Below, piece after piece: positions 47,901 through 60,700 of a stretch of DNA of 64,000 bases. How positions within the stretch are numbered: position 1 is the stretch's first letter; each line of letters starts with the position of its first letter. Origin of the DNA: Orbicella franksi (taxonomy: Eukaryota). The stretch lies in the NCBI GenBank assembly GCA_964199315.1, contig OZ116705.1, forward strand, positions 5,332,001-5,396,000. The letters are read 5' to 3'. The notes beneath the pieces were generated by a model that ran no database searches, was not told the origin of the DNA, and was given only the letters and a program-made list of their open reading frames with translations. Both the position numbers and the translations under genes were made by a program.

Positions 47901-50900
47901 TCAAAAAACTCGTTTATTTTATTGTTACTGTAGGCAGTTTCATTACACCACAAGTTCAAACGAATTTCCCGCCAAAACTACCTTCTGTGAACGCCACAGA
48001 TTTTAATACAGTTGTACGAAATCTTTTAGTTTCAAGTGAGACGTCACTGAAAAGTCCAGCTTTATACATTGTATATACGTAGAGAATTTAATAGTAATTA
48101 TTCGCTTACGTGTAATAGTTTATTTAGTTTCTCACTGCTAATTTTGTAACATTTTCTTGCGAAAGAATCGAACATTTTTGCGTCGGATTTTTGATTAAGC
48201 GCTGTCAGGAAGCTTCGACTTAAATGGTATTGGTTAGCGTTGTGCGTTTGGAGTTAGCCTGAAGAAGTTAAATATTATGAACACGGGTTTTATGCGCGCG
48301 CGCTCGTAATGCCAAGCAAGAGCAATTTTCAAGTGAGTGTCGTAAAACCAAAACCAATATTAAACTAGCCAATCACAAAGGTCACAGACAATCAGTGAAC
48401 CAATCAAAACTCGAAGTAAATACGTGCAACTGGCGCAAAGCGCGGGAAAACGAGTGCTAACGAGTCACGTTTGGTTTTGGTCTTATTGCTGATTGGATGA
48501 AAAAAGTGGCACGAGTTTTTTAAGCCAATCGTGTAGCGTAGTGCTGAAGTACAAAACCAATTACTCTTCGACGCTTACATGAAGACCACGCTAGTTCTTA
48601 AAACACTGTTATTCACAAAGTTATTTTGATTTTTCGTTTAGGAAATGATGACTACGCAGGCATGCATGTTCGCTGTACCGAAAATTACATGGAATTAACC
48701 CTCGAAAGACAACACTATGGAAAGATCGACCCAGCCTCCCTCCATCTCACAGACCCTAGCTGTGGTCCTACGTTTTATAATGACACGCTGATGGTCATAA
48801 GAGCGCCTCTGGGTAGTTGTGGTACAGTCGCTGGTCGCCGAGGCATTTTACTGGGATTTCGCAATGAAGTGTACGGGGATTTGATTGGCAGAAGTGCGAT
48901 ATCGCGGGAGCCAGCGTACCAGTTCCGTCTTCAGTGTCTGTATTATACAACAGCGAAAATAGTGCTGCATCCATTTAAACCCATAGAGAAGATAGTGGTC
49001 AACCCACCACCAGGTAAGTCCCGGTAGAATAACTCAGAAAGTCACAAATAAGGTCAACAAATCAGGTATAGTAAGGCCCATAACCTGATACGTTGAAGTA
49101 CATGAAAAGTTCGGCGTCTGGATCATTTAAGAAAGGCTATTTGAATTTGGAACGGCTCCGCCTAGCTCAGCCGGGAATTTCGGCTTTGGAACGGCTTTAA
49201 TTCAGACGTCGAACTTTTCATGTGCCGAACCTAAATGTAATAACTATTATAACGTATCTTACAAGCAGTTTACACTTTGCCTTAAAACTGCTGACATTTA
49301 GTTGTCTTTTGGTTCAAACTAAATTAAGTTCGGCGAATTAAGTTCGACGTCCGAATCAACAGGCGTACTTTTGATAATTTGGGTCGGTCCAAATTCGAAT
49401 TAAGGAAATGATTATCTCTACATCAAATTTGACCAGGAGAGTGGAAATACAGTTTGTTTTGTTTTTCCAACATTTTTTTCCCTTTTTTTGCCAAATTTAA
49501 TTCATTTGATTTTTTTTGAAGAAACACTACTAACTTCCATGAAGGCACACTTTTTTCTTGAGAGTATTTTTTTATGCTCTTTTAAATGAGATATAATAGA
49601 CTATTCTTCTGTGTTTTTTGGGGTTGACCACTAAGGACACAACAAACAGAAAAGCTGAACATATGTAGTAGTAATATATCAAACACGAGAGACGGTGTTT
49701 AACCACATTTCCAAACACCGAAATAAACCGGAAATGTGGTCAAACACGGTCTTTCGAGTTTGATATACCTTCACAATCGAAACTAAAACTAAGGCGAAAG
49801 AGGAGAAATAAAATCGTTAAAATCTATGCTAATTAAGATCAGATATCCAAACATCGTCACGGTCATGATTTCCTTTGTTTAAACTTGATGAATTATTAAT
49901 GAGTTTGGGAAGATCACGTGACATGCGAACTATAAAGATTCTCTGCCGAGCGAATAGGAACTGATAGTTTTGATTCGACAAATTACAAATGTGAGTTTAA
50001 AACAATAAGAGAAAATATTGTCGCGGAAAACAAGACGAAGGCACTTTATAAATATAAAGGGCGCCTGAGGCTCCGCCCGCACACGCCGGAGAAATTTGAA
50101 AACGGTGTTTTGACTCTGAAAACGCATGAAACGTTTTCCGTGCACACTACGCCGGGCATTTTGAATTTGTGTTCATGGAAAACTCGAGCTGGGAAATCAC
50201 AGGATTATCGCGTCGTCATCATTTTCGAAAATCTCCGTTTTCAAAATGTTTTCTGTCCACACTCAAACGCAAAGCCGGCCTTTTCAAATTCCTCCGGTTT
50301 GAAGAGTCTTTTTGAAAAGTTCCGCTTTCGTGACGGAATTAGTGTGGACGGTAGGCCTAATCGTAGAAGTAAAGCTGCGGTTTCAAATTTTTCCGGCGTA
50401 ATGTGGACGGGGCCTGAAGTGACAATGCATGAAATGAGCAATTTTAATTCCTCTGAAGTTTTATTTCCTCAAAGCTAAGCTTGGCAGTAGACGTCAGTGT
50501 CAGCGTAAAACAAGCGTCTTCTCAATTATTGTGTTAATTCTATATCTGTCTAGGATTTGGAAACTTTACATTTGAGACCAACATGTTCCAGACAGATAAA
50601 TACATCAGTAAATTCACCAAGTTTCCAGTCAAGGTGAAAGTTGGTGAGAGTATTTACCTCCAAGTTCGACTGAGGTCAAACGCAACTGGTTTGTCGATGC
50701 TGCTCGACAACTGCTGGGCGACTCCGACACCAAACCCAAATGACTCCAAGTCTTACGATTTGATAAAGGATGGGTAAGTATATGGTTTTATTTTCCTTGA
50801 TGCTGATGGGCGTAAAGAGTAACAAACTTTTCAGCACGAAAGTGAACCTCGGAAATGCTCGTCGTATCGCTTGGGCTGTGAATTATAGATTTTGGTCTCA

Positions 50901-53641
50901 CTTAGCGTGTTCAGGACAAAGCGCCAAGGTATCTTTTTGAAGAAATAATAAAAAAACGCTGTCATGTCCGTTTTGAAATGGTATTGAAATTTTTCGACGC
51001 GCATCCCCTTCTTCTTCACACGAGAGTCACCCCTCTCTTCCGGGCGATTATTCCAGATGTATGAGAGTGTTAAGTTCGGTTGACGTTTATGGCCTCTTAT
51101 ATTCCGTTTTTACTTGGACGCATAATCTATCTGAGACCCATTATGCCTGGGTAGATATAAGCATTGACCTTATTTACTTAGGAAGACGAATAATAAGGTG
51201 AATACGACACGCATATAACTCGTGTGTTAACAAAAAAAGAAAAACTGTGGTAAGAACGGCTGCTGGTCGCTTGACTACAAATTTAGTCGCGTGGATTCAC
51301 AGTTCAGTTAAGTCGGTCTGTTTAATGCGTGTCGTATTTACCTCGAAGCAAGTTGAATCTAAAACTCAATCTCAATCGCTTTATGAACGTGGTCAGTACG
51401 CCTAGCTGCCGACAAGCTAGTTTTCAGTTACGCCACGAATAATAAAGATAAAAATAAAAAATATAAAAATAAAAAATAAAAAACCTTTATTGGAAGTGTA
51501 TTAAGTCAGGTTCTTCCGCGTTTCTTGCGCTTTTTTCCGTATTTATCTAGACGCATAATGCTTCTAAGATGCATTACTCGTCTGGGATGCATTATTCGCC
51601 TGTTTGCATTAGGTAATTACGGCTATTATTTGATCTTGAGAAACGTTTACTGCCATTCAAGGTAACGGCTTATAGCAGCTGAGTCAGGTTATTTTCAGTT
51701 ATTTTGGCCACGTAAAGGATTACCTTTCAATTGAAGGAACCCTGAAAATAGTAGTTAACTAAGATGATAATAATAAAGGGATACGCGGTTAGAGAAGATA
51801 AACGCGGATTACAAACGACGAACTTGAAAAATCTAGGTTAAACTTTTCAAGATGCGCAAATCATTACGTAGCCCCTTCAACAATCAAACCCATGTACTTA
51901 CTTACCTCGCATCTGACGCGCTTTTTGTGCTCTTTTTTTTTTTTAGCTGCCCAGTAGATCCATACCTGAACTACAAGGTCTCGGATTCCAGTTATCAGCG
52001 ATTTAGTTTTGACGCTTTCAAAATGGATGATGCAGAAGTGATGTATCTTCATTGCGAGGTTCTTGTCTGCGCAAACAATGAGAAGAATACCACTCGTTGT
52101 GCTGAAGGCTGTGCAGAAAATAATCCGGGTGGAAGCAGGCGGAAGCGGCGAGATGAGACGAATCAGGAGAGGAAAGAAATGACGTCTTTAGGCCCGGTGA
52201 AGGTTTTGCTGGACACGCTTCTTGTTCAAGGACCAGACGAAGGTAAGAGCAACCTCTTAAACAACCAAAACAGCAGTCTTTTGTTTTGACGTATTCTCAA
52301 CCGCAAACTTCGTTTGCTTGACTGCGCAAAAAAAATTAAAGCTCTTTTAAAGTGGGTGGAAGGAGCGGTGGCCTCGTGATTTGTGCGCTCGTCTCCGGAT
52401 CAAGCGGTCCGGGCTCAAGTCCTGGCCGGGGACATTGTGTTGTGTTCTTGGGCAAGACACTTTACTCTCACAGTGCCTCTCTCTACCCAGGTGTATAAAT
52501 GGGTACCGGCGACGTTAATGCTGGGGGTAACCCTGCGATGGACTAGCATCCTATCCAGGGGGGAGAGGAAATAATCCTAGTCGCGTCATGTTACAGAAAC
52601 CGGGATAAGCTCCGGCCTTATGGGCCCAGTGGCTCACATGCAGACTTCCTTTCGGAGTGGAGGAGGATTGTTTCGATGTTGTAGCCAGCGATCAGGTGTT
52701 CTTCACTGAATGCCTGAGAACAGGTGATTGACGAAACATGTTTAGCTGAACAAACATCACACCCTGTTGATAGTGTCTCTTGGTTTTTACGACCGTGATA
52801 AGAGATGATGTGATATTAGTTAACGTAAGATGTCCCAGAGCTTGGTTTTCAACCTGATACATAAGCGCCGCACAATCATTAAAGGAGACATGCCACGCAC
52901 GGCTTGAAAAAATTGGCGACTTTCTTCAAGTTTGTTTTGTCCTTCGTAACCAGGCCTTGTTCATTTGCGGTTCATTATTGATTTTTTTTTATATATCCTA
53001 TCTTAGAAAACTATTATTTTGACATTCCCTTCACTTTTAAAGTAATTCTGAACACTGATGGAAGGAATTACTTCAAATATCGCGACATAGCCCTTTTATT
53101 AGCTTTTATTCTCGATCTTGCGTTTGTCGGTGTCTGTATGGTCTCTTGTGTTTGAGATCCAGGTTGATGTTTTGGTTATGGGTGAAACTTGGACGTAACT
53201 CATGGCAATTTAAAGATAACAATGAATATAGACTAGCTTGATGTCGCGGATTACACGGAAGGCGCGCAGGCATATCATATTGCATGTTAATCACGCGCGT
53301 TAATAAACAAGCGCAAATCACGAATACAACAGCGGCACATTCGTTCCTTAGCATTTTTCTGTCGCGCTTCGCGAATGGCCGCGCGTTTTGCGCTCGCTCA
53401 AAACCAACTACTATTCTCGCTCAGAGAAAAAAAAATGTTCCTAAAATACAATGCCGTGGAGCAAGTCTAGAAGGTAAGAAATGACCTCAAAGATCAAGGC
53501 CGTCATCTGACGTCATCTAATGCATTTCTGTTTTTTTTTGTTTTGTTTGAAGCTGGTTCTCGTTCCCAGTCCCCTCTCGTCGCAGTTGAGAAGACAGCAG
53601 TCCTCGTGACCTTCATCTTGGCTTTTCTTCTGGTGATGTAA
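44912..53641 (+). CDS. ZP domain-only secreted protein with probable GPI-anchor signal, 353 aa
   Basis: Exons 44912-44996 (signal peptide MDSKTPIFLKNCFAWFFLALLTTVTA), 48642-49013, 50554-50773, 51947-52242 (furin site RRKRR, patch TSLGPV), 53553-53641 (AGSRSQSPLVAVEKTAVLVTFILAFLLVM*). Total 1062 nt in frame. The last exon was chosen by phase and hydrophobic tail. Confidence 0.88.
47337..47660. mobile_element. Inverted pair of short GCACGGCAGAA / GCCGAAC elements
   Basis: 47388-47414 is the reverse complement of 47590-47618. TCATGTGCCGAAC is shared with 49200-49356. Confidence 0.55.
48318..48593. mobile_element. MITE-like repeat, family A (opposite orientation)
   Basis: Reverse-complement homology to 6739-7031 and 58373-58653. 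Confidence 0.8.
49200..49356. mobile_element. Small MITE
   Basis: TIR ATTC.GACGTCGAACTT / AAGTTCGACGTC.GAAT. Confidence 0.65.
49676..49911 (+). repeat. Interspersed repeat, also present at 53970-54212
   Basis: Shared CACATTTCCAAACACCGA...GCTAATTAAGATCA.ATATCCAAAC...GGTCATGATTTCCTTTGTTT.AACTTGATGAA. Confidence 0.8.
50066..50417. mobile_element. MITE, possibly PIF/Harbinger type
   Basis: TIR AGGC.CCG.CC.CA..CGCCGGA.AAATTTGAAA.CG with its reverse complement at the right end. Superfamily is an inference from the TIR. Confidence 0.7.
52358..52649 (+). mobile_element. tRNA-derived SINE, family B
   Basis: Collinear with 8094-8358 and has an extra 3' segment that is missing there. Confidence 0.85.
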
Positions 53642-53969
53642 TTAAGAATTACCAACCAATCACAGCGAGGTTTCACAAAACATCAAATTAATCTCGTCAC
53701 CGACGACTCCGAACAGCTCGCATACGTAAACAAGCTAGGAGAGTAGCAAGAAAGAATATGAAAAGTCACAGACAGGCAGAGCAAATGGTTTGTAGTTTGG
53801 TAAAAAAAGAAATACAGTGGCACATAAGCATAGTGTTCATGGTTGCCTAGCCAGTGAAAACAGACGCCTCATATCACTTCCGGTCGTCTTGGAAGCGACT
53901 AGAAGTGGTTACATTGCAGTCTAATACCTGCTTGTCTGTCCACAGCAATTAACCCTTGCATGTTAGATG

Positions 53970-54212
53970 TAACACACATTTCCAAACACCGAGAAGAGCG
54001 TAGTATTTTTGACGAACTTCGAGGTGTTTGGAAATGTGGTCAAACACTGTCTTGAGTGTTTGATATATCTTCTCACTCGAAACTAACACTACGGAGAAAA
54101 CGGAGGAATAAAATCGTAAATATCTCTGCTAATTAAGATCAAATATCCAAACACTGTCGCGGTCATGATTTCCTTTGTTTGAACTTGATGAACTGTTAAT
54201 GAGTTTGAGAAG
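53970..54212 (+). repeat. Second copy of the 49676-49911 repeat
   Basis: Direct similarity. Contains an internal hairpin CATTTCCAAACAC / GTGTTTGGAAATG. Confidence 0.8.
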
Positions 54213-56626
54213 TCAATGCAAAAGTTCTCCTGATAGCTCTTTACAATTGTTCATAAAATATTATGGGAAAATTTGATTGTATATGAGAACAGCACCTTGG
54301 TTGCCAGCGTTTGGATTCTAATTAAGTTCACGCTGGATTTTATATAGATATTCTGAGAATTCCTAGCCTGATCAGTGTTGATTGTAGTGGGTTAAATGCT
54401 GATAAGACAGCGTATAAGACAAGCATTTTTAATCAAACACATTTCGTGTCTAAGGAAATTATTGCATATAATTATATATGCACTAGGTGTCAGCTTTAGA
54501 GCTTTAGAAATCATTTATAATGACAGTAATTTATGGTTGAATTAAAAGCTGGGCGCATGCGCATTGTATTGTAGTAATCGCTGAATTATTTACTTATTTA
54601 AGGCGAAGTCGTCACTTTCAGAAAGGTATGCATGGAAGTTTTTTACACTCTACAAAGTTTTAGAAATGTGGATATTGTAGTTGCCTTCATAGTTATTTAC
54701 AACCTGCGGGTGAAAAGACGTCCAACATTTCAGTCTTAACGTGGTAGAGATGATTTTCAAATAAATGTTTAAAAACGTTCATATTTAAGTTGCGCTCATG
54801 TATAATTCACTCACTAGACGAATTCTTGCGACATCATTTTAAAGTTGCTTTTGACAATGGCAATATTATCGACCTTGGCTAAGTGATTTTTTGATTTCTA
54901 TTTTATAATCAATACAAAAAAATCTTACTTCTGGAGAAACAAACGATATAAGCTTCTTGAATGTGCCATAATGGCTTTACTTATCTAAGCTAAAGGGTCT
55001 CGACACGGCTAGAGAGAGGCGCAATTCAGTTCTCGACAGCAAAAAACTATCGAAAACTAAAAAGCCAGTGCGTGAAGCGAGTTATCGATAACAATCTGTA
55101 ACAACAAATAGTTAGCGCCATCTAAATGCTTTTTTTTGAGTTTTAAAAAAGGAAAGCTGCTTTAGTTGTAGATAACAAGTAACTGTCGTTTTAGTTTTCC
55201 CTAGTCCTTGAGAGATCTAGAGTTGCGGACAACTCAATCATGACAAATGTAGAAAGGCTGATTAACGATACGGAAACTATACACTATCAAAATTCCAATA
55301 TTTCAAAAATACATTTCTTATTCGTCGGTGTTTGATGTCCGCGGTTTCAGCGTCAAACATGCGTTAAAACTTTTACTACTCTGAAATGCACATCGAACGG
55401 CATTTAGCGAGGTTTCAGATAAGAAGTTTCGTTATTGATGACTTTTCCCTAAGTTCGTGGAGAACTTTCATCGAACGCTAATAGACTTCGACCATTATAA
55501 TTCTCGACTGCAATCTCTCTAGTCTGTCTTGGCCCCAAGCCCCAATATATCAAATATAACTGATTAACCACTCAATAACAGTGACACTTAATAATATTTC
55601 TAGCGCTATTTATATTTCCATGGAAGTCATGAAGTCGGCAAGACAAGACAATGTGCTTTTTAGTGCAAAATGGACATGGAAAAGGTACAAGTGTTTTATA
55701 AACAGTTTTCTATAGCGAGGATCTTTCGTGAGGACCCAAACCTATTTGGAAAAGGGTGGCTTTTGATGGGAATATTTGTAAACCGTTTTTACTGTCGAAA
55801 GGTTGCGATGGTTTTCGTTATCGCGGTTTTAAGAGCAGTCTGATTTTTTTTTTAAACTAATCATGCTCCTACGGAAATTTCCTTCCTATTTTCCCCCCGC
55901 GCTTTTTACGATTTCACCGGTAACATGTTTTCCCGCGCTTTTCACCGGTAACGCGTTTTCCCGCGCCTTTCACCGGTCACATGCGCATACTCCGTGTTCT
56001 GATTGGTTATCATCTTGCAAATGGTTGTTTTAGTCCGACTTCAATCATAATAAAGCTATTCTAAATTCACAGCGCAATTTTCGTGTTACGTACTTGTTTT
56101 ACATTTATAAAGTAAAATCGTGATTTCCGGCTTCGAAGTTTTGTAGTCTTTTTAATCACAGCAGGCTAAGGTTACTCAATGCTGTTTTAGTCTCCTTAGC
56201 AGCCACAAAGTAGGCTCGAGTTAAGGCTCGAGTAGTTTCGATTTTCGCCGCTGTCTTGAGCGCGGGCTCTTGGTGACTGAAACGTTGCGTGACCGCTGAA
56301 GTAACGGACGCGCGGACATCCGCCCCCCCCCCCACCCACCCCCCAATAATGCTTCGTTTGCTAGGCCTTTGCGCAGGAAATATTTAAATAGATTATTATT
56401 TTAACCTTCAAAGGAGCCGTGAATACATTAGGAGTAATGTTCAAATAAGAAGATTCTGCAAAGTAGGAAACATAATTTTAATAGAGAAAAACAAAATAAC
56501 GCTTGTTCTTGTAGTAGACAAAAGAGAGAAAATAAAATAATCTTGTGTGCCATATTATAACCAACAGAAACATGTGTAGTTCAGTTATTGCTTGCGTTTC
56601 CAATGTGTTAAGTTTCTGACAACCTC

Positions 56627-56806
56627 AATAGAGCGTTTTCACTCACGTGGCCAGCACACATGCAAATTTATTGGAAGGAAACAAAGCGTTTACATTAGAG
56701 AAGAGTTCAACTCCCATAGGATTGGTTTGGTACATCAACATGGCCGCCGCTTCACTGCTTTGGAACACCAATGTGGTTGTTGTGACGTCATGTAAATGCG
56801 CTTTAC
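56627..56806. mobile_element. MITE-like repeat, about 180 bp
   Basis: Ends AATAGAGCGTTTTCAC..ACGT / ACGTCATGTAAATGCGCTTTA are degenerate TIRs. Internal CAACATGGCCGCC. Confidence 0.6.
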
Positions 56807-57257
56807 AGGCTAGATGTAGAACGTGGGGCCGTTAAAACCCAACGCCACCGTCGTGTTCAGTGACTACGTTTTTGTTCCAACTTTGTTTTAGAACAGTAAA
56901 CAGCAAAGAAAGAAAACGGCCAAAATATCGACTTTCTTCTTTGTTGACATCACGGGAAACACCAGTTAGTTCGCAATCGATCAAGGGAAGGTTGAACTTG
57001 TGTCAAGGTCTTACGCAACTATCCTCACTAGTGTCCATGACTCCACGATGTTTACTTGATTAGCTGGGGCTGGGAACCATTAAATGGGCCACACCCAAAT
57101 ATCAAAAGGAAACACTCCCTTTTATCTCTATCTATTTATCTTTTTTGTCTCAAGCTAGACTTCTTAATTCTCCTTACTGATTTCCATACATTTCCTCTTA
57201 ATATGTTTTGAGAAGTTGATGTTACATCAAGGCTATATTCCTTGTTGATCAGTTCTC

Positions 57258-57263
57258 TTTATT
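57258..57263 (-). promoter_or_regulatory. Possible polyadenylation signal of KICS2
   Basis: AATAAA on - about 510 nt past the stop. Motif only. Confidence 0.25.
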
Positions 57264-57774
57264 CTCATCAACTGTGTCGTTAATAGCGTATCTATATTGA
57301 AAAGAGAAACTAGACATTGATATAGTGTTGCAGGGGCGGATTTAGGGAGGGGGAAGCCAAACAAAAAAAGAAAAAAAAAATGAAAAAAGGTTGTGAATAT
57401 TATGGCAGAAAAAAGACAACCTCTCTTGACAGATACCTGCTACTTTGTGACCAGTTGCTAGTATTTCTAGTGAAACGGTTTTCAATTCCAATTCTCAAAT
57501 TGCAACATTTTGGTAACATGCCACATTGATTCTGCAACCCCAAGGTACCAGCCCCCCCCCCCCCCCCACCCACCCACCCACCCTCTTAAAAAATCCAGGA
57601 TCCGTCCCTGCAGTGTTGGGAACAAAAGGGGCAAGTGGTACAGGTCGAAACGTGAACTTCAGACTTCTCTGCCGTCGTTGAATTATTGTTGCAATGACAA
57701 TTCTCGTTTTCAATGATCACCATGTCAACTGGAGAGTTGCAACACCTTGAAACGAACACTGCAGTGGATATCTG

Positions 57775-60700
57775 TTAACTCTTTCCTCCTTGTTTTAACA
57801 TGGCGAAGATTTTCGTGTTTCTGATAAGAGTCGCCGTCTCTACGATAAACCGCAAAACAAGAAATAGTTAATACTCAGCATAGTGCCTCTTTTCACGAAA
57901 ACGGACCTTTCTAGCAGTGACTGCAAGATTTTTGTCTTCAGTAGGAAGCCGACACGCATTGAAATCATCAAAGAGAACCGAATCGCGAGAGGAGTGCACG
58001 CGCGGGAAGATAACCTTTCCCCTTGCGCGGAGTTTCCTTTCTCTGACCCTGCTACCTTTTTTACAATCTCTCGTTAAATTACATAGAAAAACAAAACTGA
58101 TTTTTCAAACAAGAACCAGGCATACATTGCTTACTTACCAGTCAGAAATGAAGTGACGAAAGAGTCCTTCTCAGACCTTTTGCTGTTAAAAATGACCACG
58201 ACAGTCATTCGTGGATCCACGCGTGTTAAGAAATACGTGCTCTGAACACGCTGAGAAAATAATCACAGTCAAGTTAGAAACTATCGCAGGTGCTAGGTCA
58301 TTTTTTGCTGAATTGTTTTGTGTGACCTACAGCTTTAGAAGCGAAATACCAGGTATTTGTATAGCGGTGTAATAGAGTGGTTTTCATTTTAGACTAACGT
58401 CGAAAAGTAATTGGTTTTGCATCAACTACGTTACACGATTGGCTTAAAAAACTCGCGCCACTTTTTCATCTAATCAGAATTAAGTAAAACCAGAATTGTA
58501 ACTCTCTTGCACTCGTTTTCCCGCGCGTTGCGTCAGCTACATGTAATTACTTCGAGTTTTGATTGGTTCACTGTATTCTCTGGTCCTTTGTGATTGGCTA
58601 GAGTGATTACTTTGGTTTTAGTTTTACGACACTCACTTAAAAGAAACGCTCTATGCAAAGGAGGGATCCAAACTAGTTTTTGGCCTTGTCTCCATGAATC
58701 TCCTTAGGTTTAGCTTAGTGAAGAGGTGTAAGACTGATGTGGACGGTGACAGGCTTGACTCTTATTGGTAGAAATCGGAAATTTATACGAGTAGCTTGAG
58801 TTACGAACTGGTTAATATCGTTCTCAGATGTAACTACTGCACAGATGGAAACTTCTACTTGATCTCTGTCTAATTAACGTAGTCCTGTTCTGGCCCTCCA
58901 TCTGTCACGCAATGCTACTCTCTCGGGAGAGTGAGTATCTTCGTGACAGAGGGCGAGAACCGCAAACTGTATTTCTATCTGGCGTGTCTTGCAATTTCTG
59001 TTTCAGTCATCTTAAGTTTCAACAGATGCAAGCTTCTCCGGCTTTCCAGCATATCGTTTGTATTTTCTTGTAAATTCATGATATTTAGCAGAGATTTCAG
59101 GCCACTTTCACAATTTCTTTTTCTAGACATTCACAATGGAGGGATACGCACGCACCAGCTTTTCAAAACATAGCAGGCAGAGAGAGCAGGAAATGAGCCA
59201 ATGTTCACAACACACTTACAATGTCAAAGAAGTAGACGATTTTCTCCATGGAATTCAGCTCATTAACTCTATCGAGGAGAATGGACACAATGTTTGGCCA
59301 ATGGTCAACTGGCTGGTCCTGTGAAGTGGAACAAACATGTTTGAGTCTGGACCCAACCTCGCTCTCAGGCTTCCTCATTCTTTCCGCATCCTGAGAGAGA
59401 GGGAGCCCGGGAACGAAGTTTATCTAAACACTTCCGATCGATATTAAAGCCATTTCTGAATTGTTTGTCAAACACAGTTTGCAAGAACTAAATTATAACA
59501 ATTTCCAGTTCAAATAATTGAAGGCTAAGAAGTGTCTCAAGCTAAAATGCTCTTCACAGTCCAAATACTCAGTCATACACAAGACTAAAGCACTAATTAC
59601 TGCTAGTTTGCCACCTTGTATCCGGATAATACAATAATAGAATAATCTTGTATTCTTTCTTGTCCACAGACGCAGTATGGTACTTTTCACATAAGTAACA
59701 AACCTATAACTTACCCCAGGAAATGAAAAGACTGCAGGAAAAGCTCCCGAGCCAGAGGGTTTTTCTTTGATATCATGGGGAAAATGATCCGAGCCTGTAA
59801 CTTACCCCAGGGAATGAAAAAACTGCAGGAAAAGCCCCTAAGCCAGAGGGTTTTTCTTTGATATCATGCGGCAAATGATATCCATGCCCCTGGTACTGCT
59901 CCAGTTGATGTGTGTCCAATAACATGCACACACTGAATGCATCTGAACGGCGGATAAATGCCGTAATCCTACAAAATACAAAATATAAACAGCCTTCCTA
60001 CTCATCCCTCCATGTTGAACATTGCCTACTGGATTCCTAACCTGGTAATAAAGGCATGACTACCCAGCTTACCATGCAGGCACAAAGATGGCCCATTGCA
60101 GTTCACTTCCCCCCTCCATGGCAACTGTCAAGCTAAACAAACTTTTCTTATTTTACTCCAAACACTATCACTTCTAATAAATTTATTAACTTATAACAAT
60201 AATTATACCTTCCATTTCGCCGGCTAATGACTGAAAGCACTGTTCACTCTACTGTATCGTAATCATACCTTACCTTTCGTTTCAACAGCTGCTAAAACTG
60301 TAACTCGCGTATCCTCTTACATAACTTACCTTCCTATGTAATCAATACTGGCTCGTGCAGTCAATGGCTTCATGTCAACTGGCGTGGTTTGTCTACTAAG
60401 TATTTGGTAGAAGTACAGAGTAAACTAGACACAAAGGCCAGAAAATCTCATTAATTTAAGAGCAAAACACTGACATCAATAAATTAAAAAAGCTATGTGT
60501 AAACCCACAAAAAACACACTTATAGCTCTAGAAACAAACAAACAAACAAACAAACATGAAGATTAGTCAAGGGCTAATTTCTATGACAGTGGCGAGGAGC
60601 ATTTTTGCAAATCACAGGATTTCTGAAACGTTTTTTCTTTTACATGTAATGCTACTGTAAGTAGCCATGAGCCATGATTTGCCATCATAATAAAGGAGAA

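Noticed and set aside
53091-53155. Alternative hydrophobic terminal exon for the plus-strand ZP gene
   Set aside because: Weak acceptor at the edge of repeat-like sequence and no spacer. The exon at 53553 has a much better pyrimidine tract and GPI pattern.
57550-57580. Poly-C/CCCA tract as a regulatory G-quadruplex (also 20820, 31865, 56325)
   Set aside because: Short homopolymer tracts near repeat ends are common, and nothing else supports function.
59493-59690. 65-aa minus-strand ORF inside KICS2
   Set aside because: Intronic and not needed for the frame, with no similarity to KICS2 that I can see.
60274-60288. 15-nt KICS2 microexon (CAG|CTGTTGAAACGAAAG|GTAAGG)
   Set aside because: The upstream intron would be only about 41 nt and the required phase gives an immediate TGA.
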